A stretch of 64,000 bases of DNA from a virus (Duplodnaviria; Caudoviricetes). The notes under the pieces are model-generated. The model did not search any database. It saw only the letters and a program-made list of their open reading frames with translations, and had not been told where the DNA came from. The position numbers and the translations under genes were made by a program. Below, in pieces: positions 45,868 to 57,463 of the stretch (the stretch's first letter is position 1; each line of letters opens with the position of its first letter). The DNA is taken from IMG/VR virus record IMGVR_UViG_2974666105_000001, positions 1 to 64,000 of that record; one strand, given 5' to 3'.

Positions 45868-46719
45868 TTATTGTGCCACCAGAGGATCCACTTTAGAGGC
45901 CACCTCATTACCGAATTTCGCTCTGATGGACTCCATAGCATTACCATTATCTTCTACGAACCAATAACCGCTAGTTTGTTTTTGTCTGCCTTTTAGAACA
46001 TTATTAATACATACTATGTTAACTCCAAGTTCGCGCCCGGCTTCTCTCTGTGACGAAAACTTCAAGACCTCTAGTGTTTCCAAATTGACTGCAACTGTGC
46101 CTCCTATAAATAGCATACCACCTTTAATCTCGTGCAACTTATCTTTATTAATTTCACTCTCGTCTTCTGTAAACCAATATCCACATGCCTGATTGCGTTT
46201 ACCTTTTAAGATACTGCAAATGTGTGCTTGGCTGATCTCTAATTTGCGGCTTGCTTCATGCTGTGACAAAAATTGTAAAACCTCGTATGTTGCTAGGTTG
46301 ATTGCATACAAAGGGTGGCCTAGTGTTTTTGTGTTTGATATTCCGTATTTTTCACGGTACTTCGCATTGTCCGAAGGAGTAACCCACTCAAGGTTGACTA
46401 GCCGATTATCTGTCCTATCGCAATTTTTGTGATTGACCTGTGGTAAGCTATCTGGGTTGGGTAAGAAGCATTCTGCCACGAGTCTATGAACACTTCTATT
46501 AATTGTCTTGCCATCCATGCTAAAGTTCACACGTAGATAGCCATTGTTACTACGGTGTTGCTTCAAGATTCTACCCTTCACAAAAAGTCTCCCACCTTTG
46601 CCGGTTGTCGCTTGTCTATCTAACATCCTTATCCGTCCCCATGTACTCACCTCGATAAACGAGAAATCTGGGTGCATTTTCCAATTTTCAAACTCTTGTT
46701 TAGTCTTATTTTTAATCAC
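45868..46719 (-). CDS. NUMOD4-HNH homing endonuclease with two NUMOD1-like repeats
   Basis: WKMHPDFSFIEVSTWGR, VHRLVAECF, VNHKNC; duplicated AINL...F.SQ.EA.R.L. Confidence 0.92.
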   Translation of the reverse strand: MIKNKTKQEFENWKMHPDFSFIEVSTWGRIRMLDRQATTGKGGRLFVKGRILKQHRSNNGYLRVNFSMDGKTINRSVHRLVAECFLPNPDSLPQVNHKNCDRTDNRLVNLEWVTPSDNAKYREKYGISNTKTLGHPLYAINLATYEVLQFLSQHEASRKLEISQAHICSILKGKRNQACGYWFTEDESEINKDKLHEIKGGMLFIGGTVAVNLETLEVLKFSSQREAGRELGVNIVCINNVLKGRQKQTSGYWFVEDNGNAMESIRAKFGNEVASKVDPLVAQ

Positions 46720-46791
46720 TATAATTTCCTTCTTGAATTTTGTAAACTAAGATTGCTGCATTACCCATTACAGTGTACGATAATCTACATT

Positions 46792-47870
46792 TTAGTCAAC
46801 TGGGATTGGATCAAAATTATTCTCTGTCAAGAAGAAGCCTGGATTATTAATCATCCCATCAATTTCGTTCACAGAAAAACTAACCTTTGCCCATGAAAAA
46901 GAATCATCGGCATCATCAGTGAAGTATCGATCTTCTTGCATGTCATAATTCAGATAACCATCTTTTTCACCCAACCCCTTAATTTTGACATAATATTTTT
47001 TAGAAGCGTCGCGCCAATTCTTTAAAGTTTTTTGATCTTTTGTTGGGATATCTTTTGATTGGTTTGCTAGGTTCATGAATGTCTCCTCAACGTTTTCATC
47101 TCTAATCGCAATATTTGACCCATCATCAAACACTAACCGCCAGTTTCCAAATTCATTCTTATATATATATTCGATATTATCAGTATCTAAATATAGTTCA
47201 TCATTAGCTTTAATCAACATATTCGTCACCTGTCCTTTTCTCGATAAATATATTATCTCATTTTAACTTCTCCATGTCAAATTTATTTACAAAAAAAGAC
47301 CCTATAGGGGCCCTGATACTATTTATAAAACGCTTGTTTTGTAATTCCAACTTTAGTAATCAATACTGTATTTTGCTCGTCAGCTAATCTAACTTTTAGA
47401 CCAGAAATAGCTTTTTCTTCATCACCACAAAAGTTCGTATACCAGATAAATCCATGAGATTTTGCCCACGTATTTGATTCTCCTAGCGTTTTGAACTCCT
47501 TATGACTAACTCTCATGTTTTATCACCCCCTATTATAAATTATCTACTCTTCTCGTACGGTCGCGTACGGATACTCAGCGCAATTTTCTGACAACTCTCG
47601 CATAAAGTTCAAGCAACCCTCAATCGTCCCCCACCCATTTTCAGCCTCAAATTGTTGGTAAAATAATGGTTTGGAATTAATATCCATAATTGCTTTTCTA
47701 AGTTTTGGTTCCAAATCTCTAGCGATCATACCGTTCCAATCTTTCGGACTGCTGCCAACACTTTCCACAAACATGTCTCTCAGATTGTAAGTAATACTAA
47801 AATCGTCACCCATCTCAATCCACTTATCAACATCTTGAATTTTAGCCTCTAAATAAATACAATAACTCAT
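46792..47870 (-). other. Three hypothetical CDSs (46792-47229, 47319-47516, 47544-47870) with terminator + sigma-A promoter at 47252-47315
   Basis: ORFs with RBSs; TTGACA-17-GATAAT. Confidence 0.7.
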
Positions 47871-47871
47871 T

Positions 47872-48264
47872 TTAATTATCCCGCCTTTTCAATAGTTTAG
47901 GGTTAGTGTGAATATTGCCAGATACCTTAATTTCATTGCTAAAGTAATAGTCATTTACGCCGAATCCCTTGCTAGAAACATCCTTTGCAATCCATTTACC
48001 GTATACATAATTGCCTTTCTTAACTTTAAAAGGCTTACCAATCTTGTGCTCTGTATACAACATAATTGGTTGTATAATATCACCTTCATAAATGTCCTTG
48101 TCGTTCAAGTCTTTCAGTCCAGTAAACTGTTCAACAGCATATCGCTCATTGTCGAGTAAGAAGTCGCCAAAGCAAGATTCATTTGTGTCGTAAGTGTCCT
48201 GCACATCATATAGGTAAGATTCGTTTTCCTTGTTCCATGCTCTAAACTTAATCATCGTCGCCAT
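47872..48264 (-). CDS. YopX-family protein
   Basis: KFRAWNK...EQFTGLKDLNDKDIYEGDII...GNIH.NP.LL. Confidence 0.9.
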   Translation of the reverse strand: MATMIKFRAWNKENESYLYDVQDTYDTNESCFGDFLLDNERYAVEQFTGLKDLNDKDIYEGDIIQPIMLYTEHKIGKPFKVKKGNYVYGKWIAKDVSSKGFGVNDYYFSNEIKVSGNIHTNPKLLKRRDN

Positions 48265-48909
48265 CTCCTACTAAATCGTCTATCTCATCAATTGCCCTCT
48301 GAATTCCATCAACGTATGTAGCATTATAATTAGCATCTTCACTCATTGATAGTTGCTGATTTCTTGCATCCACTAATCGACGCCACAATTCTTTCATTTC
48401 ATCGCTCATTTTCAATCCTCCCCAAACGCTTCGAATGCTTATTTTCGTTCTTCAATAGTTGGTTCTGTTATGATTACCATATTTACTCCTCCTTTCCATG
48501 AAAACGGAAATTTCATTTAATGTGATGATATATACTGCACATCTTTGTATTTCTTCCAAAATCGTTTAATTAGTCGAATTAATTCGTGCCGGCTCAATCG
48601 TTGATGAGCGACGAGAATGGTAACCGCAACCAGATCAGCCATTAACTGTTTGTAACTCCTATTAGGATAATCAACAGTATAACCGCCATTATCAATTGAG
48701 ATAGTAATTTTCCCCTTCACTGTTGCTTCTCCTCTATATAAAATAGTAATTTTATTGTGATTTTTCTTTGACGTGTGCCCACAAAACACCCTACAAGCCA
48801 TTTGCGGGGTGTCTAAGCAATTATACCATGATTCTAGTATAATTACATTAAGAACATTTTTAACACCCGTTAGAATCTCTTTAAGAGAGTCACTTTTTCT
48901 GTTGCTCAA
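48248..48909 (-). other. Hypothetical CDSs 48248-48409 (missing from track) and 48517-48909
   Basis: ORFs with RBS or translational coupling. Confidence 0.6.
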
Positions 48910-49168
48910 TATTTTTGACTAAATACCAGTCTGCTGATAGCATGTCAGTTTGACTTGCAAGCCAACCAACCTGCACAACCCCACTTGTTGTTTTGATTGC
49001 TAATACATCAGAACATTCCTCAAAATCTTGAACCGATGTGCCGTAAAATACTCCATCTTCAAGGTCTCCACCCTGAATAAGAAAAATATATTGTCCAGAT
49101 CCATTCCATCCATGACGTGAAACGAGATTTCCATTTTTTAATTCTTCAAGTGCTTCTCCAAAAGTCAT
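48890..49168 (-). CDS. DUF2829 / Tad2-like immune-signal sponge protein
   Basis: MTFGEALEELKNG..VSRHGWNG...GWLASQTDMLSADW family signature. Confidence 0.75.
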   Translation of the reverse strand: MTFGEALEELKNGNLVSRHGWNGSGQYIFLIQGGDLEDGVFYGTSVQDFEECSDVLAIKTTSGVVQVGWLASQTDMLSADWYLVKNIEQQKK

Positions 49169-49341
49169 TACTTAATCCCCCTCCAAACATGAATACCAAA
49201 CGCTACATACAATGAAACAAAAATCAGGTACAATGCGCCCGCAATCAATTCAGGTAACAGTACAAGCCACCACGACCATGTGATAATTCCCATTAACTTC
49301 AATACGATAAACACAATCGTCAATGTTTCTGTAAATCCCAC
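49168..49341 (-). CDS. Small membrane protein (57 aa, missing from track)
   Basis: LTIVFIVLKLMGIITWSWWLVLLP motif typical of phage membrane proteins. Confidence 0.75.
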   Translation of the reverse strand: MGFTETLTIVFIVLKLMGIITWSWWLVLLPELIAGALYLIFVSLYVAFGIHVWRGIK

Positions 49342-49361
49342 TATATAATTCCCCCCATTTT

Positions 49362-50446
49362 TTAAAATTTAACCGCCATAGTACCACTTAAAACAGAATC
49401 AAGTACACCTGAAAACAACATTACTAAATCGTTTAATTCTGGATAGACCCATGTTTTCCCAGTGTCAAGATTAGTTATCCCATATTTGTAAGAATCATTG
49501 TAGCGTTCCTTGATACTAGTGATCATATAATATTGCCCTACCTTATCCTTAATCACGTTCCCTGGTTTAAATGCCGTTTCGGGTTTGATCCCGATTTCTA
49601 ATCCGCTTAAAATTTCCATTTTACTCCTCAGAATCAGGTTTAAACTCGAACGAACCAGAAAGAATATCGTCACCGTAATCTGAATAAGCATCTTCTAGTT
49701 CACTTTCACTATCAAACGAAATATCGTGATGACTATGTCTTGCAATCATGGAATTAGACAGATTAACCAAAGCAAATTTTTTATTCTCAGTTTCTTGATC
49801 ATAGACTCCAACAACTAAATATACATTTCCACACTGATCTAAAATAACGTTTCCTTGTTTATACAGCCCATCAACTTTTTGTTCTTTATCAATTCCTGTA
49901 ATTTTCATTATATTCCTCCTAATTTAGCCAAAGTCAACTACATGTTCACCAGTTACATGAACATCGTCAGCGTCTAAGTATGATCGTAATTGTTGCAATG
50001 AATCATAACATGCACCAGCAAGTCCGTCACTCAAGTCAATCAACGTATATTTGTTTTCAACTCTGACGACAATAAACAACTGGCTACAATGATAGATTAC
50101 ATCACCTAAATTGTATGAATCTTTTTCTATATCAAGATCTCCAACTAACTTCATTTTTCTCTCCTTAATCCATATCGAATGTGATTTTTCCAGTTAATAA
50201 AACATCACTACAATCATAGAACGCATCTGATAACTCTTCCTTAGTGTCAAACCAACATTCTCCATCGTGGTATTGTAATCTTCCAGATCTTAAAGACACC
50301 AATCCAAATTTATCATTTGAGTGATTTACTCGATTGTCATCCTTTGATACTACAAAGTAGATTCCATTCCCATTCCTAATTACATTTCCAACATTATATA
50401 GATTACTTGCATCTTGGGGGTTAATACCATTATCTAAAAGTCTCAT
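49362..50446 (-). CDS. Four tandem paralogous SH3-like proteins (49362-49619, 49621-49908, 49924-50154, 50165-50446)
   Basis: Shared G[ND]VI...Y.V....Y/F.L..L..G......EL......D.L.G pattern. Confidence 0.75.
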
Positions 50447-50447
50447 T

Positions 50448-51107
50448 TTATTCGTCCACCTCGTCTAAATTAATAACATGGATTGTACCTTCCGGCAAGT
50501 GGCTGTTTTTAATTAATACGTCAATTGCATCCTGTTTACTCATGAAAACTTTTCCTTGTGTTTTATCAAACTTAAATCCATCAGCAGCATACCACGAGTC
50601 ATAAAAAATATCATGAAGCATGTATCGATGTTCGATCAACGGGTTAACATGATTTACCGCATCCCATTTCTTTTGAGTATCTGCAATGGGAATTTCAAGC
50701 CTATCCCTGTCAACAAAATATCCTTGTTCGTTAGGATCTACCTCAATTAAAGATTCTATATAAGATTCTGGAATATACCCATACAAATTTGGTACTTCAT
50801 GTACCACAAACTTATAGCTATCTTCAACTCTATAATCACGAGATACATACAATACTTTTCCAGACATATCTGGATTTGAATTAACGAACGTAAGATCACC
50901 GCTAATGTATTGTAACATAGATGTTCCAAGATCTTTCTTTAATACGCAAAAATAATATTTTCTCATTTCGATTCCTCACTTTTCAACATTGGCAAAAATA
51001 TGGCAATCTTTGCATTCAACGACATCCACATTTCCAAACGTCTTTAACCACGGTTTGTTGTGTACTTTCTTCCATCGATGTTTCTCATGTCCAGTAAAAA
51101 TATTCAT
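50448..51107 (-). other. Hypothetical CDSs 50448-50966 and 50976-51107, with terminator + promoter at 51129-51182
   Basis: ORFs with RBSs; TTGACA-17-TATTAT. Confidence 0.7.
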
Positions 51108-51179
51108 ATGTTTTTCCTCCATGAATTAATAATACAGCTCCTGATTCTTTGTGTCAATATAAAAAGGGCTTTTAGCCCT

Positions 51180-52925
51180 TTAAAAAATAAAATTGTCTGC
51201 TGTCTGCTTGATTTTAACTTCGTCACTCTTAACGCATTTGTCAATTATTAACTGAGGAACGGGGCTTTTACCCCAATAGTTGAACCCTGATGAACAAACG
51301 AAGCTAATTGTCTTATCTGAAAATCCGCTCTTAATGTACTTTTTTAGTTCATCAGTAACATTAAAATCATCAATTGTAATTCCAGACATCTTAATTGACA
51401 TCCAATTATTAACTAGTTTTATATCTTTTTTAGGGACTTTTAACCCAATCACAGCAATTTTTATTTCATCCCTTGCCCCTCTAAAAATATTTGCTGATCT
51501 GTAAATTTCTGAAATATCATCAATAGTTGGGAGTTCGTCTACAAATCCAGCGTCAACGTAATATTCATAATCTGGTACGGATTCTGAATATTCTTCAATT
51601 TTAGAAGCGACATCATTCCACTTGTCATCATATAGTGCAACACCAAACGCTTGCTCATGCCCCGCAGCAAACTTAACGCCATCCAACTTTTTAAGTAAGG
51701 ACATTCCGTCAATGTTTTCTGGAAAGCGTCCACTCCCTTGAAGGACATTACCCTTTGCTTTCAACACTAAGGTTGGTTTCTTGGTGTTTCCAAGCATCTT
51801 GTTAGCGACAAGGCCAGCAATCCCTTTGTCATACTTCTCTGACAAAATAGCAATATTATACTGGCATTCTTCATTTGAAAGCATTTTGATTTCTTTTAAA
51901 GCTTTTTTGACTAGCCGGTCCTGTCTACTTTTTACTTTTTGAAGCATATCAGCGGCTCGATCATAAACATTCATCTCAATATCAACACTGTGCATCTTAC
52001 CATCTGATAATTTTCGACGTTTTTTCACCATCTCGGTTTTTCCAATTCCGACGAGTGCATTAAATGTTAGTTCACGTTCTTCATGGCTACCGATACGTGC
52101 GACTGCATTAATTTTAGGAATTAATGAAAATTGAATATGTTTGATTGTCATTTTTTCTGGATCATCCTTAAAAAATGACTTCAACATTTTGTTACTAACG
52201 TTTTCCATACCATATGAAACAATTTTCATAATCGAGGCATCATTCAAATCACTCATATCAGCAATTTGTCCAACGGCAGTTAAGTCTGGATAAGGAATTT
52301 TATCAGATCCAAGCCATAATTTAGCAACTTGTGCCACCATTCCAGATCCAGTCAGTTCTTTGTTTAATTCACCGTCTTGATATTGGTTGCTGACTACCAT
52401 ATAGTTAGGATAGTTTTCAGTAATAAATTCTTCATTTTCAAGAATATGATGATCAATCACCATAACCTTTGTGCCTTTCGATTGAATCTTGTTAATTGTG
52501 ACTAGATCGTTACTTGAACTATCTGGGCAAATAATCCAATCATATTTTTCACCATCAAAAAGTTCCTCGTTGGCTTTGATCCCATGAAGCTTGGCATTTG
52601 GAAAAACTGGAATAACATCATTATTTTTATTCATCGATTTTAGAGCTTCATAAATAATCGATGAAGACATATAACCGTCGACATCGACATCAACTAGAAT
52701 GGCAACTCTTAAATCGTTGTGATCTCGATAATACTTTGAAAAATTAATCAATTCTTTTTCAAACGGAAGATGCCATTCCTCGCCACAATAATCTCCCCAG
52801 ACATTATTTTTTCGATATTCAATAGCACCTTTGACAATATTGCCAATATTATCATTTGTCAGTTCAATATTGAATCCATTAATCTGATTGTTTACATTTT
52901 CAACGTCGCTTTGTGCAATTCTCAT
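51180..52925 (-). CDS. recJ: RecJ-like DHH single-stranded DNA exonuclease
   Basis: DVDVDGYMS, DHH, GQIAD, INAVARIG, GSGR, AGHEQAFGV motifs. Confidence 0.92.
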   Translation of the reverse strand: MRIAQSDVENVNNQINGFNIELTNDNIGNIVKGAIEYRKNNVWGDYCGEEWHLPFEKELINFSKYYRDHNDLRVAILVDVDVDGYMSSSIIYEALKSMNKNNDVIPVFPNAKLHGIKANEELFDGEKYDWIICPDSSSNDLVTINKIQSKGTKVMVIDHHILENEEFITENYPNYMVVSNQYQDGELNKELTGSGMVAQVAKLWLGSDKIPYPDLTAVGQIADMSDLNDASIMKIVSYGMENVSNKMLKSFFKDDPEKMTIKHIQFSLIPKINAVARIGSHEERELTFNALVGIGKTEMVKKRRKLSDGKMHSVDIEMNVYDRAADMLQKVKSRQDRLVKKALKEIKMLSNEECQYNIAILSEKYDKGIAGLVANKMLGNTKKPTLVLKAKGNVLQGSGRFPENIDGMSLLKKLDGVKFAAGHEQAFGVALYDDKWNDVASKIEEYSESVPDYEYYVDAGFVDELPTIDDISEIYRSANIFRGARDEIKIAVIGLKVPKKDIKLVNNWMSIKMSGITIDDFNVTDELKKYIKSGFSDKTISFVCSSGFNYWGKSPVPQLIIDKCVKSDEVKIKQTADNFIF

Positions 52926-52927
52926 TA

Positions 52928-53956
52928 TTATGACATAACCTTTCTTGATCTCATCAATTCGTAAAACGGTTCTGATCCTTTATCAGTGGGACTATCTTTG
53001 TAACCGAGTAACCCATCACAATCATCAAACAGAACTGACACATTAAACCTTAGCAGCATTCTCTTAAACATTTTGACAATCATTTCTGCTCTTGTCTTTC
53101 TCGACTGCTCATCATTGTAATCCTTATCTAGTCCAACAATTATTTCATTGATCCCAAGTTTTGATAATTCATTTATTTGCCAACTCGAAATACTAGATCC
53201 AGATAAGGCAACCCCATTGCCATTCCCATTCATGATTGTATCTAATTGCATGACCGATTTTTCAGACTCAAAAATAATCACTTTTCCAGCCTTTAAAATA
53301 TTCCTTTTATTTTGAAACAATCCGTACAGGTTTAGGCTGGTTGGGTATGATAATACTTTTCCCTTATATCTAACGGGGCGATACTTGCCAAAATTATCTA
53401 TCTCGTACTGGTCTAATGATCTTCCACGGACACCAATCAACCTTCCATTAATATCAAGTTGTGGAATTATTATTTTGTTTTCAGATATTGAATACCTTAT
53501 TCCGAATTTTTTCTGTGTTTCAGCACTAATTCCTTCATCAATCCACCCACCGTACGCATAGGGGTGATACCTTTCTAGCAGTTTGGCACTTATTTCAGAA
53601 ACGTCTTGGTATTCATTTTCATTCTTTTTTAGCGCTACTGCCGGATTGTAAAGATCCTGTGAAAAGAACCCTTCAATTCTTCTGCCACCGATAATCGTAT
53701 TTAGCTCACTCATGGCTTGTGGGTATTCGATTTCTCTATAACGCATTATGAATCCGACTAAATTCATTGACCCACAATTTGAGTAGCAATACATTGACAC
53801 TGATAGGTTCTCATCAAAATACGCATACAACTTATATCCACCATCCCCGTCGCGATGATGACAATAAGATCTTATTTGGTAGTATTTTCCTCTGTCTTGA
53901 TAATCCAGATCATAATATTTGATTACCTTATCAAGATCACTTTTCTTATAATCCAT
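52928..53956 (-). CDS. DNA primase (DnaG-like)
   Basis: Zn-binding CHH...CYSNC; TOPRIM FESEKS..., GLDKD, KD. Confidence 0.92.
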   Translation of the reverse strand: MDYKKSDLDKVIKYYDLDYQDRGKYYQIRSYCHHRDGDGGYKLYAYFDENLSVSMYCYSNCGSMNLVGFIMRYREIEYPQAMSELNTIIGGRRIEGFFSQDLYNPAVALKKNENEYQDVSEISAKLLERYHPYAYGGWIDEGISAETQKKFGIRYSISENKIIIPQLDINGRLIGVRGRSLDQYEIDNFGKYRPVRYKGKVLSYPTSLNLYGLFQNKRNILKAGKVIIFESEKSVMQLDTIMNGNGNGVALSGSSISSWQINELSKLGINEIIVGLDKDYNDEQSRKTRAEMIVKMFKRMLLRFNVSVLFDDCDGLLGYKDSPTDKGSEPFYELMRSRKVMS

Positions 53957-53963
53957 ATCTCAC

Positions 53964-55568
53964 CTAGAACACCAATTGTTCTTTAACCCCGTAGTTTCCG
54001 TCATTATCAATCTTAATAGTAGTTCTTGGAAGATCAATATAATTGTATTGATAATCTGTGGCAAATAGTGAATATTCGTGAAGCGTCCCAAGATCAACCA
54101 CCGACCAGATAACAATGTTTTTCTTTCCAAGTCTATTTTTATAGCAAAAATTTCCAATATTTGGTTTTAAATGATAAGGATTAACAGCATCATCACTAAT
54201 CAATGGCTCTAAAGACTTTAAATCCCTAGGGGTAACGTCTGCTGAGATCATGCCAAAATCAATTTTGTCAGCAATACTCTTAGAATCACGGAGAGCTTGC
54301 GATGTTCTTGACATCTCATAATTGCTATCATCATATGTTGGCGTAATTTGAGTCGCAGACATAATATAGATGTCAAGTTCTTTTGCCTTATTGCGTAATC
54401 TGTCTGTAAAACTTAACAGAATACGATCATCACGGGTGTCTCTACCACCATAAAGTTCAGATCCAGATCTTAGTAACTTAGGCGCTGCCCAAATGTAGTC
54501 AAAATCAACGTATTTAACGTCGTAATTGAAAACATACTCATCAATAGTCGACATGACATCATCTATATCGAAGTCCTGAATCTCCTTGAAATGAAGTTTG
54601 GTCTCCTGTAAGACTTTTACACCGTGATTAATAATATTTTTTACGTCGTTTGTGTAATGTCCACGCTTAATAACTTCTGGATTAATTCTTGTAACTGCGC
54701 ATATTAGAATTAATTGAATTTCTTTTTTTGAAAGTTCAGTAGAAATAAATAATGATGGCTGGGGATTTTCGTTTGTAACCCATTTTCCAGTGTTTTTATT
54801 AAAAATTTGAGTAGCAGAAACATTCACCAAATCCATCAGGCCCAGTCGTGTCTTACCACCACCAGCTTTCATAGATCTTAGAAATAACTTTCCAAGTTGC
54901 ATACCAGAAGTGATCGTATTCATAAGACCATCATGAAACCCATAACCAAAATCAGGTGACTGATTAATATTTTCAAGCATTTCTTCAATATCATCACCAG
55001 CGTCAAATGATTCTGAATTTTGTTCCCAATCAGAAACTTCATTCTTAATGTCGCTGATTGTTTTTGAAAAATGATTGACAATATCTTGTTCAGTCATTGC
55101 ATTCAATTGATCTTGTTGTTTGGAAAGTTTATCTGGTTCTTCCGTATATACATCGTATATACTGCTAATATCAATGCCAGAAGACAATAATTTTCTTAAG
55201 ACCGTCATTTTTTTAATATAATGATAGTTTAATTTAAACATGCCTTCATTTGCAGATTCTTTTGCAGACTGGACATATTCAATCCCTTTATATCCAGTAA
55301 AGATAGAATAATATTTTTCAAATTGTTTTAAATACGTGTCAATGTCAATGGCGGTTATTTCTTCTAGCTTATCCGATTCGTTAACAATATTGTTGATAGC
55401 AAAAAAAATAATTCTGTGAACACTATTTGAAAAATCTTCTTTAGTCAGACACACGCTATCTGATAATAATTTAGCTGGATTGTTCATTAACACTCCAATA
55501 ACACCGAAAATTTGGCTTTGGGGTGTAAGAGCTTTTAACTCATTTTTATTCAAGTAGATCATCCTCAC
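53964..55568 (-). CDS. Replicative helicase (DnaB-like, SPbeta YorI type)
   Basis: AGGGKT Walker A, FISTE, DFDYI, SATQ, SIADKIDFG motifs. Confidence 0.92.
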   Translation of the reverse strand: MRMIYLNKNELKALTPQSQIFGVIGVLMNNPAKLLSDSVCLTKEDFSNSVHRIIFFAINNIVNESDKLEEITAIDIDTYLKQFEKYYSIFTGYKGIEYVQSAKESANEGMFKLNYHYIKKMTVLRKLLSSGIDISSIYDVYTEEPDKLSKQQDQLNAMTEQDIVNHFSKTISDIKNEVSDWEQNSESFDAGDDIEEMLENINQSPDFGYGFHDGLMNTITSGMQLGKLFLRSMKAGGGKTRLGLMDLVNVSATQIFNKNTGKWVTNENPQPSLFISTELSKKEIQLILICAVTRINPEVIKRGHYTNDVKNIINHGVKVLQETKLHFKEIQDFDIDDVMSTIDEYVFNYDVKYVDFDYIWAAPKLLRSGSELYGGRDTRDDRILLSFTDRLRNKAKELDIYIMSATQITPTYDDSNYEMSRTSQALRDSKSIADKIDFGMISADVTPRDLKSLEPLISDDAVNPYHLKPNIGNFCYKNRLGKKNIVIWSVVDLGTLHEYSLFATDYQYNYIDLPRTTIKIDNDGNYGVKEQLVF

Positions 55569-56010
55569 TTATCTTAGCGATTTGTTTCCTCTCTCTTTTA
55601 GGAGGCTTGATAACCACAACAGATTTATTGTAATTGTAGGAATTATCATTTTCTTCTCTCACATAACTATTGTGATCGGCATAGTAATACTTAATCAGTC
55701 CGATTCCGTAAGTTGAATCAAATTTAACATTTTTATGTGTCTTGATCCAATCAAATGTATGCAACATTCCCTCATAAGTCATGCCTAGTGAAGTATATTT
55801 TTTAATCTGGGCATACACCATCGACGGTAAGACAACTTGACCATATTCCTCTCGCAGTCCGTGAGTGAATGCTTTTTTACATTGGTCATTATGAATAACT
55901 ATGTTTAGGCACTCTCGACAGTAATTTTTATTTTTATATTGAGTTAACTCGTCTTTTTCATGTTTTATACCTTGTTCATAACAATTAGGCCCATAACATT
56001 TTAATAACAT
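55546..56010 (-). CDS. Zinc-binding replication-associated protein (possible helicase loader)
   Basis: Start MLLKCYGPNC...YCREC behind GAGGTG; directly upstream of the helicase. Confidence 0.6.
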   Translation of the reverse strand: MLLKCYGPNCYEQGIKHEKDELTQYKNKNYCRECLNIVIHNDQCKKAFTHGLREEYGQVVLPSMVYAQIKKYTSLGMTYEGMLHTFDWIKTHKNVKFDSTYGIGLIKYYYADHNSYVREENDNSYNYNKSVVVIKPPKRERKQIAKISEDDLLE

Positions 56011-56075
56011 ATTTAACACCTCTTTCTCTATTATATCAAAAAAGGCGCAGCTCATCAAGCCGACGCCAATCATTT

Positions 56076-56270
56076 TTACTTCAATTTGCTCGTAATTATG
56101 CTTAAAACCCAGCCGATACAGAATACTGTGGTTCCAATTTTCCATAGTAAAAGCCATGACCACGGAGTCCCCCACAAACACATAACCAGCATCCCAATTA
56201 ACCCATAAACAAACACTAAGGCAACATCAGCAAGTAACGATGCTAAAGTATTAACAACAATATCTCTCAT
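56076..56270 (-). CDS. Small membrane protein
   Basis: Two hydrophobic segments. Confidence 0.7.
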   Translation of the reverse strand: MRDIVVNTLASLLADVALVFVYGLIGMLVMCLWGTPWSWLLLWKIGTTVFCIGWVLSIITSKLK

Positions 56271-56971
56271 TTTCTAGTCCCCCATGATCTCTTGCCTGTC
56301 ATATTAAAAAATTCCTTGTCGGTTAGATAACCAAGCTCGACTAGTTTCGCTTCAATTAAGTCCAAAACAAAATTACGATCCCCCATATTAGACTCAAAAT
56401 CAAGGTTGTCTCTGTTGATCCTAATAATCGGGGCTTCACTATATGAGTCTGCCCAATTTTTAAACCCTTTGTTAATTGACCTGTAGTATTCAACTAAGTT
56501 TGGATCTGCTGTTTCCATGTCTCGTCCGCGTCCGATAATATCTTCAATTTCCTTTTCTGGGCTAATATCCAAGAAAACATATAGATCTGGATAATGTCCT
56601 TTAGGAGTAGCACTAATAGAATCAAGCATGTGTCGCAATAGCTTTAAATAGAGATTATATTCCTGATCTGTTGTTTCTCCTCTATCATGGATCACTTTAT
56701 ATACGATAGAGTCAGCTACTAGATTTGAATCCATAACAGCTTTTTCATCAACAACGGCATCTCTTAGCTGTGAAAATCTTTCATCAAGCCAGGCGATTTG
56801 TAACGGGAATCCAAATTTTTTACGTGTTTCTTTTCCGCCTGAGTAGTAATCCTTCAAAATCGGAATGGCATATGGATCTTCCAAATATTCTTTTGCCCCC
56901 AGATCCTCACTCAAAATCTTTACTAAAGTGCTTTTACCACTCCCAAAAGCCCCCATAACATTAATCAGCAT
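56267..56971 (-). CDS. Deoxynucleoside kinase
   Basis: GAFGSGKST P-loop, LQIAWL..RF, PDLYVFL, GRDME motifs. Confidence 0.92.
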   Translation of the reverse strand: MLINVMGAFGSGKSTLVKILSEDLGAKEYLEDPYAIPILKDYYSGGKETRKKFGFPLQIAWLDERFSQLRDAVVDEKAVMDSNLVADSIVYKVIHDRGETTDQEYNLYLKLLRHMLDSISATPKGHYPDLYVFLDISPEKEIEDIIGRGRDMETADPNLVEYYRSINKGFKNWADSYSEAPIIRINRDNLDFESNMGDRNFVLDLIEAKLVELGYLTDKEFFNMTGKRSWGTRK

Positions 56972-57463
56972 TACTTTGTCTCCTTTGTATGCGAATATTT
57001 AAACATTTCATTTTTAAAGTCATCATAGTATTCAACAGGAATTTTATAAGGTTCGTCAGTGCCATCGTCAACAAATACATTAAACAATTTTTGTCCATCA
57101 TAAAGACCAACAAAGATTACATGTGACAGCATGATAGTTCCCCTAATCCCATCCTTTTCATAACCAAACATATATGTTTCCCTCCTAAATTAGATATGGA
57201 ATAATTGAAACGTAGGCATGAATACCAATATAATAAGCCGTATCATTTACCCCATTTTGTAGTCTAAAATCCCCTACACTCAATGATTTAGCCCCGTACA
57301 CGTGAGCCAAGTTGTTATACCGTCTCGTAATATTAGACTTAACAATCTCCAAATCTTTATCAACACATTGATATTCTATCCCATCAGATGAAATAGTTCC
57401 AATATACACTGTTTCACGTTCAAATCCGCCAATTGGACTATAAACGTCACTCCATTCGCTCAT
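56971..57463 (-). other. Two hypothetical CDSs (56971-57171, 57185-57463)
   Basis: ORFs with RBSs. Confidence 0.7.
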
